From Dendrobates tinctorius (Eukaryota): a stretch of 64,000 nucleotides of DNA. The stretch covers positions 2,232,001 to 2,296,000 of the forward strand of contig NW_027361940.1 of assembly GCF_039654945.1 (NCBI RefSeq), written 5' to 3'. Shown one piece after another: positions 37,201 to 47,058 of this stretch. The notes beneath the pieces are model-generated. The model was not told the origin of the DNA and made no database searches. It worked only from the letters and a program-made list of their open reading frames with translations. Both the position numbers and the translations under genes were made by a program. The first letter of the stretch is position 1. Each line of letters begins with the position of its first letter.

Positions 37201-38730
37201 TGTTCCTTAGTCTTCATGATGCTCTCTGTGCATCAAACAGAACCTTGAGACTATCACAGAGCAGGTGCATTTATGATTACACACAGGTGGATTATATTTA
37301 TCATCATTAGTCATTTAGGACAACATTGGATCATTCAGAGATCCACAATGAACTTCTGGAGTGAGTTTGCTGCACTGAAAGTAAAGGGGCTGAATAATAT
37401 TGCACGTCCCACTTTTCAGTTTTTGTATTTCCACAAAAATTTAAAATAACCAATAAATTTCATTCAACTTCACAATTGTGTCCCACTTGTTGATTCTTCA
37501 CCAGAAATTTACATTTGGTATCTTTATGTTTGAAGCATGATACGTGGGAAAAGGCTGAAAAGTTCCAGGGGGCTGAATACTTTTGCAAGGCACTGTATTG
37601 TGACTACAGCCCTGCTGGTCTAGTGGAGATGTAGCTGAGCACCGTATTTGCGGTGCAGTGGTTTGTATGTCAGTCCGTTATGTCATCTTTACTGGGACGC
37701 GTAATGGTGACTGGTGCGTCATGTAAGAGACCAGGACAAACACAAATGTAAGTTGTTGTTTTATGTTTTTTTTTGTTTTCCTTTTTAAGGTTCGGAGAAA
37801 ATCTGCAAGAAAGGCGACAAACGGGAGAAGGAGAAACCTTCTGTGAAGCAGGAGCCCGGGTACCAGGAGCGAGACGGGAAGCAGCCACATACTGATAAAG
37901 GCAATGGGCCCCAGGAAACGCACGAGGAAGAACGGAATAGTGATGGCAATCATGGAGATGTTAAAACTGAAGTCCCAAGCGAGGAGAAGTCGCCACGGAT
38001 GGAGCGGGAAGCGTGCAGCAATTGCATCTGTCCAGTCTGTGGGAAGTTCTTCCGTTCTGAGTCTCTCCTCCATGAGCACCAGAAAATACACGAGGACAGC
38101 CCGTGCTATGTCTGCCCCGACTGTGGGAACAGCTTTGGTCATCGTTCGTCTCTCCTCCGCCACCGAAACTTGCACTGCAGACAGCAGCCGGGAATCGTCT
38201 ACCCTGATCCGGTGATCTCTGTCTCTCCTGGGCAGCAAGTCCATAAGTGCGGCATCTGTCACCTGAACTTCTCCAGCTCCAAAGATCTGAGGCGACACCT
38301 GAGGAGCCACAAAGGAGACGGCACGTTCATGTGCCGCGAGTGCGGCCAGACCTTCAACAGCAACTTCTCACTGGTGCGGCACCAGAGGACGCACACCGGC
38401 GAGCGGCCCTTCACCTGTCTGCAGTGCAACAAGAGCTTCAAGTGCAGCTCCGTCCTCCTCCGCCACCAGAGGATCCACACCGGGGAGCAGCCATACCAGT
38501 GCGACGTGTGCCAGCGCTGCTTCTCCCAGAAGCCTAGTCTCATCAACCACCTGCGGACACACACAGGAGAGCGACCCTTCAGCTGCCAGGTCTGTGGCCG
38601 GAGCTTCTGCTCTAGGTCCGCCCGGATGCGACACGAGCACACAAACCACCAACATCACGCTAAGAACAAAGAGGTGGCGGTGTCTGAGGCTGCGGACGGA
38701 GGGGTCGGCGAGCTGCTGCCCCCGCTGTGA
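27660..38730 (+). CDS. Multi-cassette C2H2 zinc-finger protein, spliced join(27660-28239,28318-28506,31255-31440,31817-32521,32695-33399,37790-38730), ~1101 aa, 24 fingers
   Basis: All five junctions are GT-AG with pyrimidine tracts and are phase 1. The joined frame is open for 3306 nt. Kozak context AGGATGG at 27660 and TGA at 38728-38730. Canonical HTGE(R/Q)P(F/Y) linkers. Confidence 0.85.
28318..28506 (+). CDS. ZNF exon 3, acidic/Ser-rich linker
   Basis: Acceptor CTCCTCCTGCTGCAG|G, donor ATAG|GTAATT. Encodes [24 protein letters not shown]...[14 protein letters not shown]. Confidence 0.8.
28565..28832. repeat. 28-bp GC-rich minisatellite, ~9.5 identical copies (intron 3)
   Basis: Unit TGGAGGGCGATGGCTGCCGGCCGAGCCG. 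Confidence 0.97.
29139..31207. repeat. 43-bp minisatellite, ~48 copies (intron 3)
   Basis: Unit ACCCGTCACTTATCCGCTCCGTCTATCTGTATCTGACCTGTAG; very homogeneous. Confidence 0.98.
31255..31440 (+). CDS. ZNF exon 4, low-complexity linker
   Basis: Acceptor TTTGTGTCCTCAG|C, donor GTG|GTAAGT. 186 bp, phase 1-1, open frame. Confidence 0.78.
31506..31782. repeat. ~56-58-bp minisatellite, ~5 copies (intron 4)
   Basis: Unit approximately TGTAACAGCAGAATAGTGACTGCAGCTCTGGAGGTGACTGGAGGATAAGACATGA. Related degenerate copies lie at ~39050-39170. Confidence 0.9.
31817..32521 (+). CDS. ZNF exon 5, finger cassette 2: 6 fingers
   Basis: Acceptor TTTATCATGCAG|G, donor AAAG|GTAGGT. 705 bp. Confidence 0.88.
32695..33399 (+). 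CDS. ZNF exon 6, finger cassette 3: 5 fingers
   Basis: Acceptor TTTTTATTTTGCAG|G, donor CAAG|GTGCGT. 705 bp. Confidence 0.88.
33464..35558. repeat. 29-bp minisatellite, ~70 copies (intron 6)
   Basis: Unit GATCCCTGGCTCATCTAGCGGGTTTACC(A/G), with CTAT/CTGT variants. Confidence 0.97.
35987..37595 (-). mobile_element. Full-length Tc1 transposon (1609 bp, ~210-bp TIRs), frameshifted transposase
   Basis: TA|CAGTGCCTTGCAAAAGTATTC ... GAATACTTTTGCAAGGCACTG|TA. Transposase pieces [29 protein letters not shown] and [11 protein letters not shown] are split over three frames. Confidence 0.96.
36200..37217 (-). pseudogene. Tc1 DDE transposase pseudogene
   Basis: ORFs 36765-37217, 36602-36823 and 36237-36644 are consecutive fragments of one transposase. 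Confidence 0.92.
37790..38730 (+). CDS. ZNF exon 7 (terminal), finger cassette 4: 7 fingers
   Basis: Acceptor TTTTCCTTTTTAAG|G, in frame with ORF 37843-38730; stop TGA. Confidence 0.88.
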
Positions 38731-39192
38731 TATCATCCGATCTGAACTCCACTTTTAGATCTAGGTTATACTTTTATTTAAGACTTTTGTTTTCTGTTGT
38801 TCCAAAAAATGTAAACCTGAATTGTTTCATCCTGAGGTGTGGCAATCATCCTAAAACTGTGCTCAGCGGCACATGACGGGAGGGAGTTGCTGCCGCACAT
38901 GCTCCATGCCTGGGAGCCCCCGGAGTTGTCGGCTCTGCAGCCTCTTCAACCCAAATCTTCAGCCTTCAGGCACAAAAATCTCCTCATCACATCGAGTAAC
39001 TGTGCAAATCCCGTCTCCAGATGTACTGATCCAACCACATCGGGTCCACTCCGCTCACATCCAGAGCTGCTGTTATGCAGATGACCGAACGGCTCTGGAG
39101 GTGGACTGGAGTATAAGAATTAAGGTAACAGCAGAATTGTGACTGCAGCTCTGGATGTCAATGGAGATAAAGGCTAGATGGAACTTTGGAAT

Positions 39193-39198
39193 AATAAA
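39193..39198 (+). terminator. Candidate polyadenylation signal of the ZNF gene
   Basis: AATAAA about 460 bp after the stop codon; no other support. Confidence 0.35.
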
Positions 39199-40341
39199 GG
39201 GAAGGTAGTCCAGACTTCTGACATGTTATTTCCAGTATTCCTACTTTTAGGTATTACGGTTCAGAGGAGTGGTCAGAGCCTCGACTCCATGATATCATTT
39301 GCATTAAGATGAATGTGCTCCATTTACCAGCATGTCACTTTATTGGTTGCAGTGTGACACCATGTACATACGGGGGTCAGAAGCTCTCCCCATAGCGATG
39401 TGTCAGCACAGCGTATTCTCCCATCATCATAGTGGTGACACAAAGACCAGAAGGAGGTCGGCTCCTCGGTGCAGGCATCTGCACCAACTGGCCCTGAATT
39501 AACACCAGATCAGCGTAGGGTCACGTCGGAGGAAGTCACCAGAGTTCTCCAGACCTTTACTTGGCTTGTTTTTGATAATTTTAGTCTTATTTTATTATTT
39601 TTGGGGGTTTGGGAAACACACAGTTTGGCCACTCTGTTACCCCTGGTGTGAGACAAGGGATCAGTGTGGAATCTGTCACCTTGTCTCGCCTCTCTCCCTG
39701 ATATCAGGACCATTGCATCTGCTTCGCGGTTGGCAGTAGCCTCTTTTTTGGCTAGCATCCCTCCCCCATATATTGGTACATTATTCTTGTTCACCTTTCC
39801 TCTCTTCTGAGTCAAGGTGACTCCATTCTGGACCCCGGCACGCCCCAGTTTTGTGTTTTTATAACAATATAAGAAGATTCAGTTGTCCGCCATCCCTCAC
39901 AACTAGTTTTTTTTCTGTCTCGTCCTCCCGCTCTCCTTTGCTGACTTTTTTGGAATAGTCTATCACCCCTTCATTCAGGTGTGATTGTCCCTCTTCAGGA
40001 AAAAGTTGCAGCTTTCTATTCGAACCTGTTTAAGGCACCCAAGAAAGATTTCTCATTCTGTCTCATTCTGAGGCATCTCCACAAACGCGTTCCATCTTGT
40101 CACCTCGGAATGGAATCTCGCATGACAAAGACGGATGGAGCAAAGTATGACATCTTAGAGACGCTCTCCACCACACCATAAGTAGTGGTGAACTCTTCTG
40201 CCACCTGAAGCTCGGTTACAAAGCCCATGGATATTTTGCTTGAGGGTTCTTGTTCAAAATGGCTGCAAAGAATGAAGACAAGAACGTAACATTAAGACTA
40301 GAGCGAGGCGTATTCAGAGCAAGATGCCATAAACTCCTTAA

Positions 40342-41391
40342 CCCCCGGACGTATTTTCATTTTTGCGTTTTCGTTTTTTGCTCCCCCCTCTTCCCAGAGC
40401 CATAACTTTTTTATTTTTTAGTTAATATGGCCGTGTGAGGGCTTGTTTTTTTTTTTTTGTGCGACTAGTTGTACCTTTGAACAACACCATTGGTTTTCAC
40501 ATATTGTGTACTGGAAAACGGGAACAAAATTCCATTTGCGGTAAAATTGCAAAAAAGTGTAATCCCACAGTTGTGATCTTCGGTTGGTTGCTTATTTCTT
40601 GCGCACCGAGCTGGCCTTTTTAATGATACTATTTTGGTGTAGATATGATCTCTTGATCGTCCATTATTGTATTTTAATGCAATGTTGTGGAGACCCAAAA
40701 TTCTGGCATTTTTACTTTTTTTCCCGTTATACCGTTTAGCGATCGGGTTAATTCTTTTTTTATTTATAGATCGGCAATTCTGAACCCGGCTATACCAAAT
40801 ATGTGCATATTGGAGTTTTGTTTTATTTTGAATGGGGCGAAAGGAGGGTGATTTGAACTTTTTATACATTTTTTTTTTTAATATTTTTAAAAACTTTTCT
40901 TACTTTTTGCATATTTCATTAGTCTCCATGGGAGACTATAAGCTGCCATAATACGATCGCCTCTTCAACATACAGGCTCTGATCAGATCGCCTGTATGTA
41001 ACAGAATTGCTCCCTTGCTATGAGCGCCGGCCACCAGGCGGCGCTCATAGTAACCCGGCAGTGACAACCATAGAGGTCTGCTGTGGACCTCTGGTAGTCA
41101 TGCCAACCCATCGGTGACCCGCGATCATGTGACGGGGTCACTGATGGGCAGGATTTCTGGTGCTTTCGGCAAGTGCGCAAGTTAAATCCCGCTGTCAGAG
41201 ATTGGCAGCTGCATTTAATGGATTAACAGCCGCGGGTGGATCGCAATTCCACCCACGGCTGTTCGAGGCACATGTCAGCTGTTCAAAACAGCTGACATGT
41301 GTCGGCAGAGAAGTGAGCTCAGCGCCGGAGCCCACATCAAAGGGAGGCATTCCGACATAGGCGTACTAATACGTCCGATGTCGGAAAGGGG
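40342..41391. mobile_element. TTAA-flanked piggyBac-type non-autonomous element (possibly partial)
   Basis: TTAA|CCCCC... and ...GAAAGGGG|TTAA ends. The AT-rich interior resembles parts of 57163-60068. Confidence 0.65.
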
Positions 41392-41599
41392 TTAATATCT
41401 TGTTTCTACTTTGGCCACCAAAAGAAATTAAAGAAAATTTCAGTTATTTGACTCCTGAGCAGCCTGAGTTGAGTGAAGAATGGACTCAAATGAAGACTTT
41501 TTGGCAAAATTGTTTTGGAGACATGATATGTTACCTTAGGAAGAAAATCAAAAGACCTAGAGATGGCAACCAAAAACATTCAGGCTTGATACTATGAGT

Positions 41600-42865
41600 G
41601 GGATCTTCTGGTAAAGTCAAATGTGTTGTTGAGGAGGTGACGAAAGTCCAGAGGTTCTTTCTTGCTGGATGGTAGGTGAGTATGAAGCAGACCAATAGGC
41701 AAAAAAACAACTATTGTACCCGATGAGGATTCAGTCTAGGAACGGATTGAAACTACTCCAGGTGTTTGTCGATAAAAATTATCAACGACAACTTAGTACC
41801 TTCCAGAAGATGCCGCCACTCATCTAAGGCTGATATTAGGGCCAGATGTGAATGATGTCCAAAAGAACAATTTGCCATGCTGGAACATAAGGCTTCTAGT
41901 CTCAAAAGTCTTAAAGAGAACAAATCCAACTCCTATTGAGGAGGCATCCACCTCAAGAAACAACGGCATGTAGACATCTGGCGATGTAGCACCAGAGGAG
42001 TAACAAGGCTGGTATTGCAGATTCTGTCTGGTTCTAGGATTCACGCCTTTTTGAGAAAGAACCATATGTAGAGAAACTATTTGTGAATACTTCTTGATGT
42101 CCTGCTGGTAATTGGTGAAGCCTCCAGGGATGATAACGTAACCTTCCGGCGCTCAAACTGGCACTTCACAAGTTTGGCTTACAAATTATTTAGTTGTAGT
42201 TTTCACAACTGAATACGTAAGCAATGAGTTCAGATCTCTGAAGAAAATTAAAATGTCGTAAAGATATACGTGGGTCTACTGATTCAGAACATTCCGGGAA
42301 ACTTTGTTTTCAAGTGCTGAAATAGAGCAGGAGCAAAAGGCTAGACCAAAGGGTATGACAAGATATTCGTAGCGTCTTCAGTTTATCGCCCTCCATAATA
42401 TGCGTATATTTAGTTTAGAAAAGATGAGGGCTCCATTAATTCGGTGAAAGAATTCAGGTATGAAGGGCAAAGTACAGCTGCCCCTTACAGTGATCTTACT
42501 CTGTTCCTGGTAATAAATACATGTGAGGAATCTATACTTTATGAACAAGGACCCTGCTCCTGCAGGTTGTGTAGATTCCGGAAAAAAGCCACGCTCTAGG
42601 TTCTTAAGCTGACACAGCCATTGTGTCTAGCAAAGAATACACTCTTCCTTGAGGAGGTTTTCGCCCAGTAAGAAGGGAAATTGCATAGTCCTAAGGGCCA
42701 TGAGGTAGAAACGTCTGCAAGGCCGGGGAATATACTTGATGTAATGCTGAATACAAGAAGAATCCCTTCTCGTAATCTGACTAGTAGACCAGTCGAAGGT
42801 AGGAGAGCGTTGTCTTCATCACGGCTGTCCCAAGATTACTGTAGTGTCCCTGAGGAGAGTATCCA
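41600..42865 (-). mobile_element. Decayed Gypsy LTR-retrotransposon pol remnant (protease end, RT start, RNase H)
   Basis: PLFLEVDASSIGVGFVL (RNase H, ORF 41820-42065), PAGAGSLFI (~42545-42566, RT start), VILGQP..PTFDWSTSQIT (~42770-42845). Many stops; boundaries approximate. Confidence 0.7.
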
Positions 42866-43327
42866 AAAAAAAAAAAAAAAAAACGGATTACTTACCGGTA
42901 ATACTCTTTTATAGAGTCCACGACAGCACCCACCGAGAGAGGGGATCCACCCCTGGGAACAGGAAACCTACAGAGAGATAAAAGGGGCGTGCTCCCTCAG
43001 TTGGATTACAGAGAATGAGAGGAACCGCCACACAAGCTTTAGTTAATTTGCTCCACAAGCCATTTAATGTATATACATATTTACACTTATTCACTATATA
43101 CAGTCACGTATCTATATACAAATAATCCCTCACCCACCACAGTGAACCGCGTGTAACTATAACTAAGGGAGGGAATTGAGTGGTTGCTGTCGTGGACTCT
43201 ATAAAAGAGTATTACCGGTAAGTAATCCGTTTTTTTTCTCTTCGCCACGACAGCACCCACTGAGAGATTTCCAGAGACAATCACCTGGGGGGACCACGGT
43301 GTCAAGGATTGATCTACCAAAGACTAA

Positions 43328-43723
43328 GGGTACCGTTACACCTAGCGATGCACCAGCCATCCCGACTAGCGATATGACGTGGTCAGGATCGCTGGTGCAT
43401 CGCTAGGTGGTCGCTAGTGAGCTGCCACACAGGCAGATCTCACCAGCGACATCGCTGGGGACGGGGATCGCTACTTACCTGTCAGACGCGGCGATGCTGC
43501 GTCCTCCCGCCCCAGCTCCACGCGTCGCTCATCGTCACAGCAGGAAGCTGACCGACGAGGAATGGTCCAGGAGCTTCTCGCGCGACCAGCGATTACCAGC
43601 GGGGGAGCCGGTCGGAGGTAAGTATCAGACACAGCGATATCGCTAGCAATATCGCTGTAACGTCACAAAATCGGTGACTTTACAGTGATATTGCTAGCGA
43701 TATCGCAGTGTGTAACGGGGGCT
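43328..43723. mobile_element. PIF/Harbinger-type MITE nested in the DIRS element
   Basis: TAA TSD and imperfect TIRs sharing CCGTTACAC...GTGTAACGG. Removing it rejoins the DIRS recombinase tail (FADLVFGRS). Confidence 0.8.
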
Positions 43724-43729
43724 TAAGTC

Positions 43730-44713
43730 GGCAAAGGAAGATAAATCTAGCCTGTAGTGACTATAAAAGGTAGAAGGCGAAGACCAGGTTGCGGACTTAC
43801 ATATTAAATCAATCTAGACATCTGCTCTTTCAGCCCAGGAGGAAGATACGGCTTGAGCAGAATGTGCCCTCACGCCCTGCGGTGGGTCTTCTTTTTTCCG
43901 AATATGCCAGTGTAATCGCGTCTCTGATCCATCGAGACAGTGTGCCTCTTGTGACTCTAGACCCCTTCTTGTTACCCTGGAAGGAGACAAAAAGAGCCCT
44001 GCTCTGCCTCCAGGGCCTAGTTCTATCTAGATAGGCTAAGACAGCTCTCTTTACGTCTAAGGTGTGATACCTTTCCTCCTCTGGTGTTGCCGGGCTATAA
44101 TAAAAGGTGGGAAGGTAGATTTCTTGGGATCTATGGAATTTAGTAGCCCTTTTAGGGAGATAGGATGGGTCTGTCTTTAACACTATTCTGTCCTGAAATA
44201 TTGACAGGAAGGGGGTATCTACTGACAAGGCCTGGAGATCACTCACTCTGCTGATACCAAGGCTACCAATAAGGCGGTCTTTAATGAAACGCACTTTATT
44301 GAGGCTGAGTGTAAGGGCTCGAATGGGGCCTGTGTGAAAGCATCTAGGACTAAGCTGAGGTCCCAAGGTAGTATCTGAGGCATATGAACAGGGTCTGGTC
44401 ACTGGCAAGCTGAGATAAATCTAGCTACCCATCTGTTGCCTGCAATGTCATAACTATACAAGGCCCCCAGAGCAGAAACTTGGACTTTTAGAGTGTTAAC
44501 TGAAAGCCCTAACCCATGCCCTTTCTGCAGGAACTCTAAGATAGTAGTGATAGGCACCCCGCTGGAAAGGCCCGCTGAATGGAAAGTTAGAAATTTCTTC
44601 CACACCGTGGTGTAGATTTTGGTTGTGGCTTCTTTCCTACTATGTAAGAGGGTATTAATTAGATTATCTGAGAATTCTCTTAGTTTCAGTAGCTGCCTCT
44701 CAAATTCCATGCC
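43730..44713 (-). pseudogene. DIRS tyrosine recombinase
   Basis: SRKEATTKIYTTVWKKF, SRVSDLQAL, HTLDVKRA, RAHSAQAVSSSWA, ATWSSPSTFYSHYRLDL. Frameshifts and a stop are present. Confidence 0.88.
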
Positions 44714-46146
44714 GTGAGGCGTAGGCCCTTGACCTGAGGATGGTAAGAGGGTCCTTGCAAGAGTAGGTTCTGATCCCAAGGGAGGATCCATGGGTCGGAG
44801 ACTGACATGGCCCTCAGCCATGAAAACCACGGCCTCTTGGGCCAAAACGGGGCTATTAAGATGACTCTTGCTCCTTCCTCCCTTATCTTTCTGATGACAA
44901 TCGGTAACAGTATCATCGGAGGGAAGGCGTAGGCCTGGTGAAATGTCCATGGGGTTTGAAGGGCGTCAAGTATATCTGGATTGTCTGTTCTGTACAGTGA
45001 AGCAAACCTTTCGACCTGCCTGTTGTCCCTTGTAGCGAACAGGTCTATCTCCGGCATGCCCCACATGACCGTTATCATCCTGAAGATATGCCGACTGAGC
45101 ACCCATTCCCCTTGATGCAGGGTATGGCGACTGAGAAAGTCTGCTCTGGAGTTGTCCACCCCTCTGACGTGCAGGGCTGATAGGAACAGGAGATGCTTTT
45201 CGGCCAGATTTAGGATTTTTTCCGCGATAGACATGAGGCTCTGATCGTGTGCCTCCTTGGTTTAGGTACGCCACTGAGGTAGTGTTGTCTGACTGAATCC
45301 TTGTATGGGTTCCATGCAGCTGTGGGAGAAAATTACATATGACGTGATATATAGCCTTTAACTCCCTCGCCTTTGACGAATTCTCGGCTTCGGCCTCGGA
45401 CCACTGTCCCTGAACTATGTTATCTAGATGTGCTCCCCACCCAAACGGGTTAACATCCGTAGTAACTATATTGGAGGGATCCACCACCCATGGGACTTCT
45501 CCCGAGAGGTTGTTTGGATCTTGCCACCACGCCAGGGAGTCAATTACCTCCGATGGTAGGGACATTATGCCCTCCAGCTGTCCCTGCAGTCTCGTCTTCT
45601 TGCAAGATGGCCCACTGTAACCTTCTAGAATGGAACTGGGCCCACTGAAATGCAGGGATACATGACATTAGGGAGCCAAGTAAGGACATGCCCTCCCTCA
45701 AGTACATTCTAGGACTGCTGATTGCTGTACGCACTTTATTAATTATAGCTACTTTTTTGAGACCAGAAACAAGGGGAGTAAAAGCCCTTTCCCCTTTGAT
45801 CTTCCGAAACCTCTACAAGAACGTGTTTGGACAATAGGCCTTTAATTTCCAACTCTAACGCCTCCTGCTGAGCCTGGGACTTTAGAGAAGTCAATAGGAA
45901 GGAGTCCGGAGGACTCTGGACAAACTCTAATCTTAAGCCAGATGTCATGATGTTAATTGCCCAGGAGTTACCTGTTATTGCCCTCCATTGATGGCAGAAA
46001 TGCAATAACCTGCCACCCACCGGTAGGTCAGCGCTATCGGGCTTTATCTCCAGATTTGAAGGGACGTTTACCAAACAGGTTTCCCTTCTGTTTGAAGTCT
46101 TTATTGCTCCAACGGTCTTGGGTTCTATAATCCTTCCTTTTGCCAA
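44686..46146 (-). pseudogene. DIRS pol (RT N-terminus, RNase H, methyltransferase-like domain), RT core deleted
   Basis: PVGGRLLHFCHQW..GFYS, then VTTDVNPFGWGAH..ARELKA..IQSDNTTSVAYLNQGGTRS, then IDLFAT..AYAFPP..VILIAPFWPKRPWF. No YLDD region is present. Confidence 0.88.
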
Positions 46147-46217
46147 ACGAAGGCTTCCTGAAGGCTGTCCTATAGAAGGGAATATATGGATTAGGGAACC
46201 CCTTTCCCCTGCTTTGG

Positions 46218-47058
46218 TCAGGATTTCATCCAGTACTGCACCAAACAGGTAGTCACCCTGACAGGGAGTTTGGATTTAGTCTGTGCGTCGCCTTTCCATC
46301 CTTTTAACCACAAGGCCCGGCGGGCTGCATTGGTTAGTCCTGCTGTTCTGGCCACCAGGCGGAGAGAGTCGGCTGAGGCGTCTGATAGGCAGGCTGCTGC
46401 ACCTCTGATTAGAGGGATGGCGGAACGCAGTTTGTCTCTGGACGTGCCGTTCTTTATATTCTCCTCTAACTGGTCTATCCATACTAGCATGGATCTCCCA
46501 GTAAACGTGGCCGATATTGCTGGCTTGAAGGCCCCTGAACATGTCTCCCAGGATCTTTTGAGGAGTGCATCCGCTTTACGATCTAGGGGGGTCAGAGAAC
46601 ATTCCTGAATCTTCCACTGGCAGGGAAGACCAGCGGGAATTGGAGGCTATGGCCGCATCCACCTTGCAGACCTTAGTCTAGGAGCCCAGGTCTTCATCAT
46701 CAAACGGATATCGCTACTTGGATGTTGCAGGCATGAACCCCCTTTTCCCCTGCTTCTCCCATTCCTTCTTTACCAGATCCTTTATTGTTGGGATTACCGG
46801 GAATGCTCGACCTTTCCGTTGGGAGAGGCCTGCAAACATAATCTCCTGAGGAGTCTTGGGGTCCTTAGTTTCTGACAACCCCATAGTATTCCGCACCGAC
46901 TTGACCAGGTTGTTAATGCTGTCGGTTGGAAAACACATGTGCTCCTCTTCCTCTGAGGACAATGACTCCCGGGATAAATCTGAGTCAAGTTCCCCGCTGT
47001 CTGAAGGGGATCTGGACCTAAGTGAGGTGACCTCCCTGTGGGGGCTTTCGCCCTCCAA
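46218..47058 (-). pseudogene. DIRS gag (ORF1) fragments
   Basis: FPVIPTIKDLVKKEWEK and ACLSDASADSLRLVARTAGLTNAARRALWLKGWKGD are typical of vertebrate DIRS gag. Confidence 0.8.

Noticed and set aside
37700-37789. Extra exon ending at the donor-like AAT|GTAAGT at 37747
   Set aside because: It would leave a 42-bp intron, too short for typical vertebrate splicing, and no clear upstream acceptor was found.
27660-38730. Assigning a gene symbol (oocyte/gastrula zinc finger or ZNFxxx)
   Set aside because: C2H2 similarity alone cannot establish orthology.
27513-38736. Antisense and alternative-frame ORFs over the zinc-finger exons
   Set aside because: Expected shadow ORFs of GC3-rich ZF coding sequence, with no independent motifs.
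39500-40330. Possible L1/Tx1 remnant (VAAFYSNLF)
   Set aside because: Only one short motif-like match; cannot be supported without a search.
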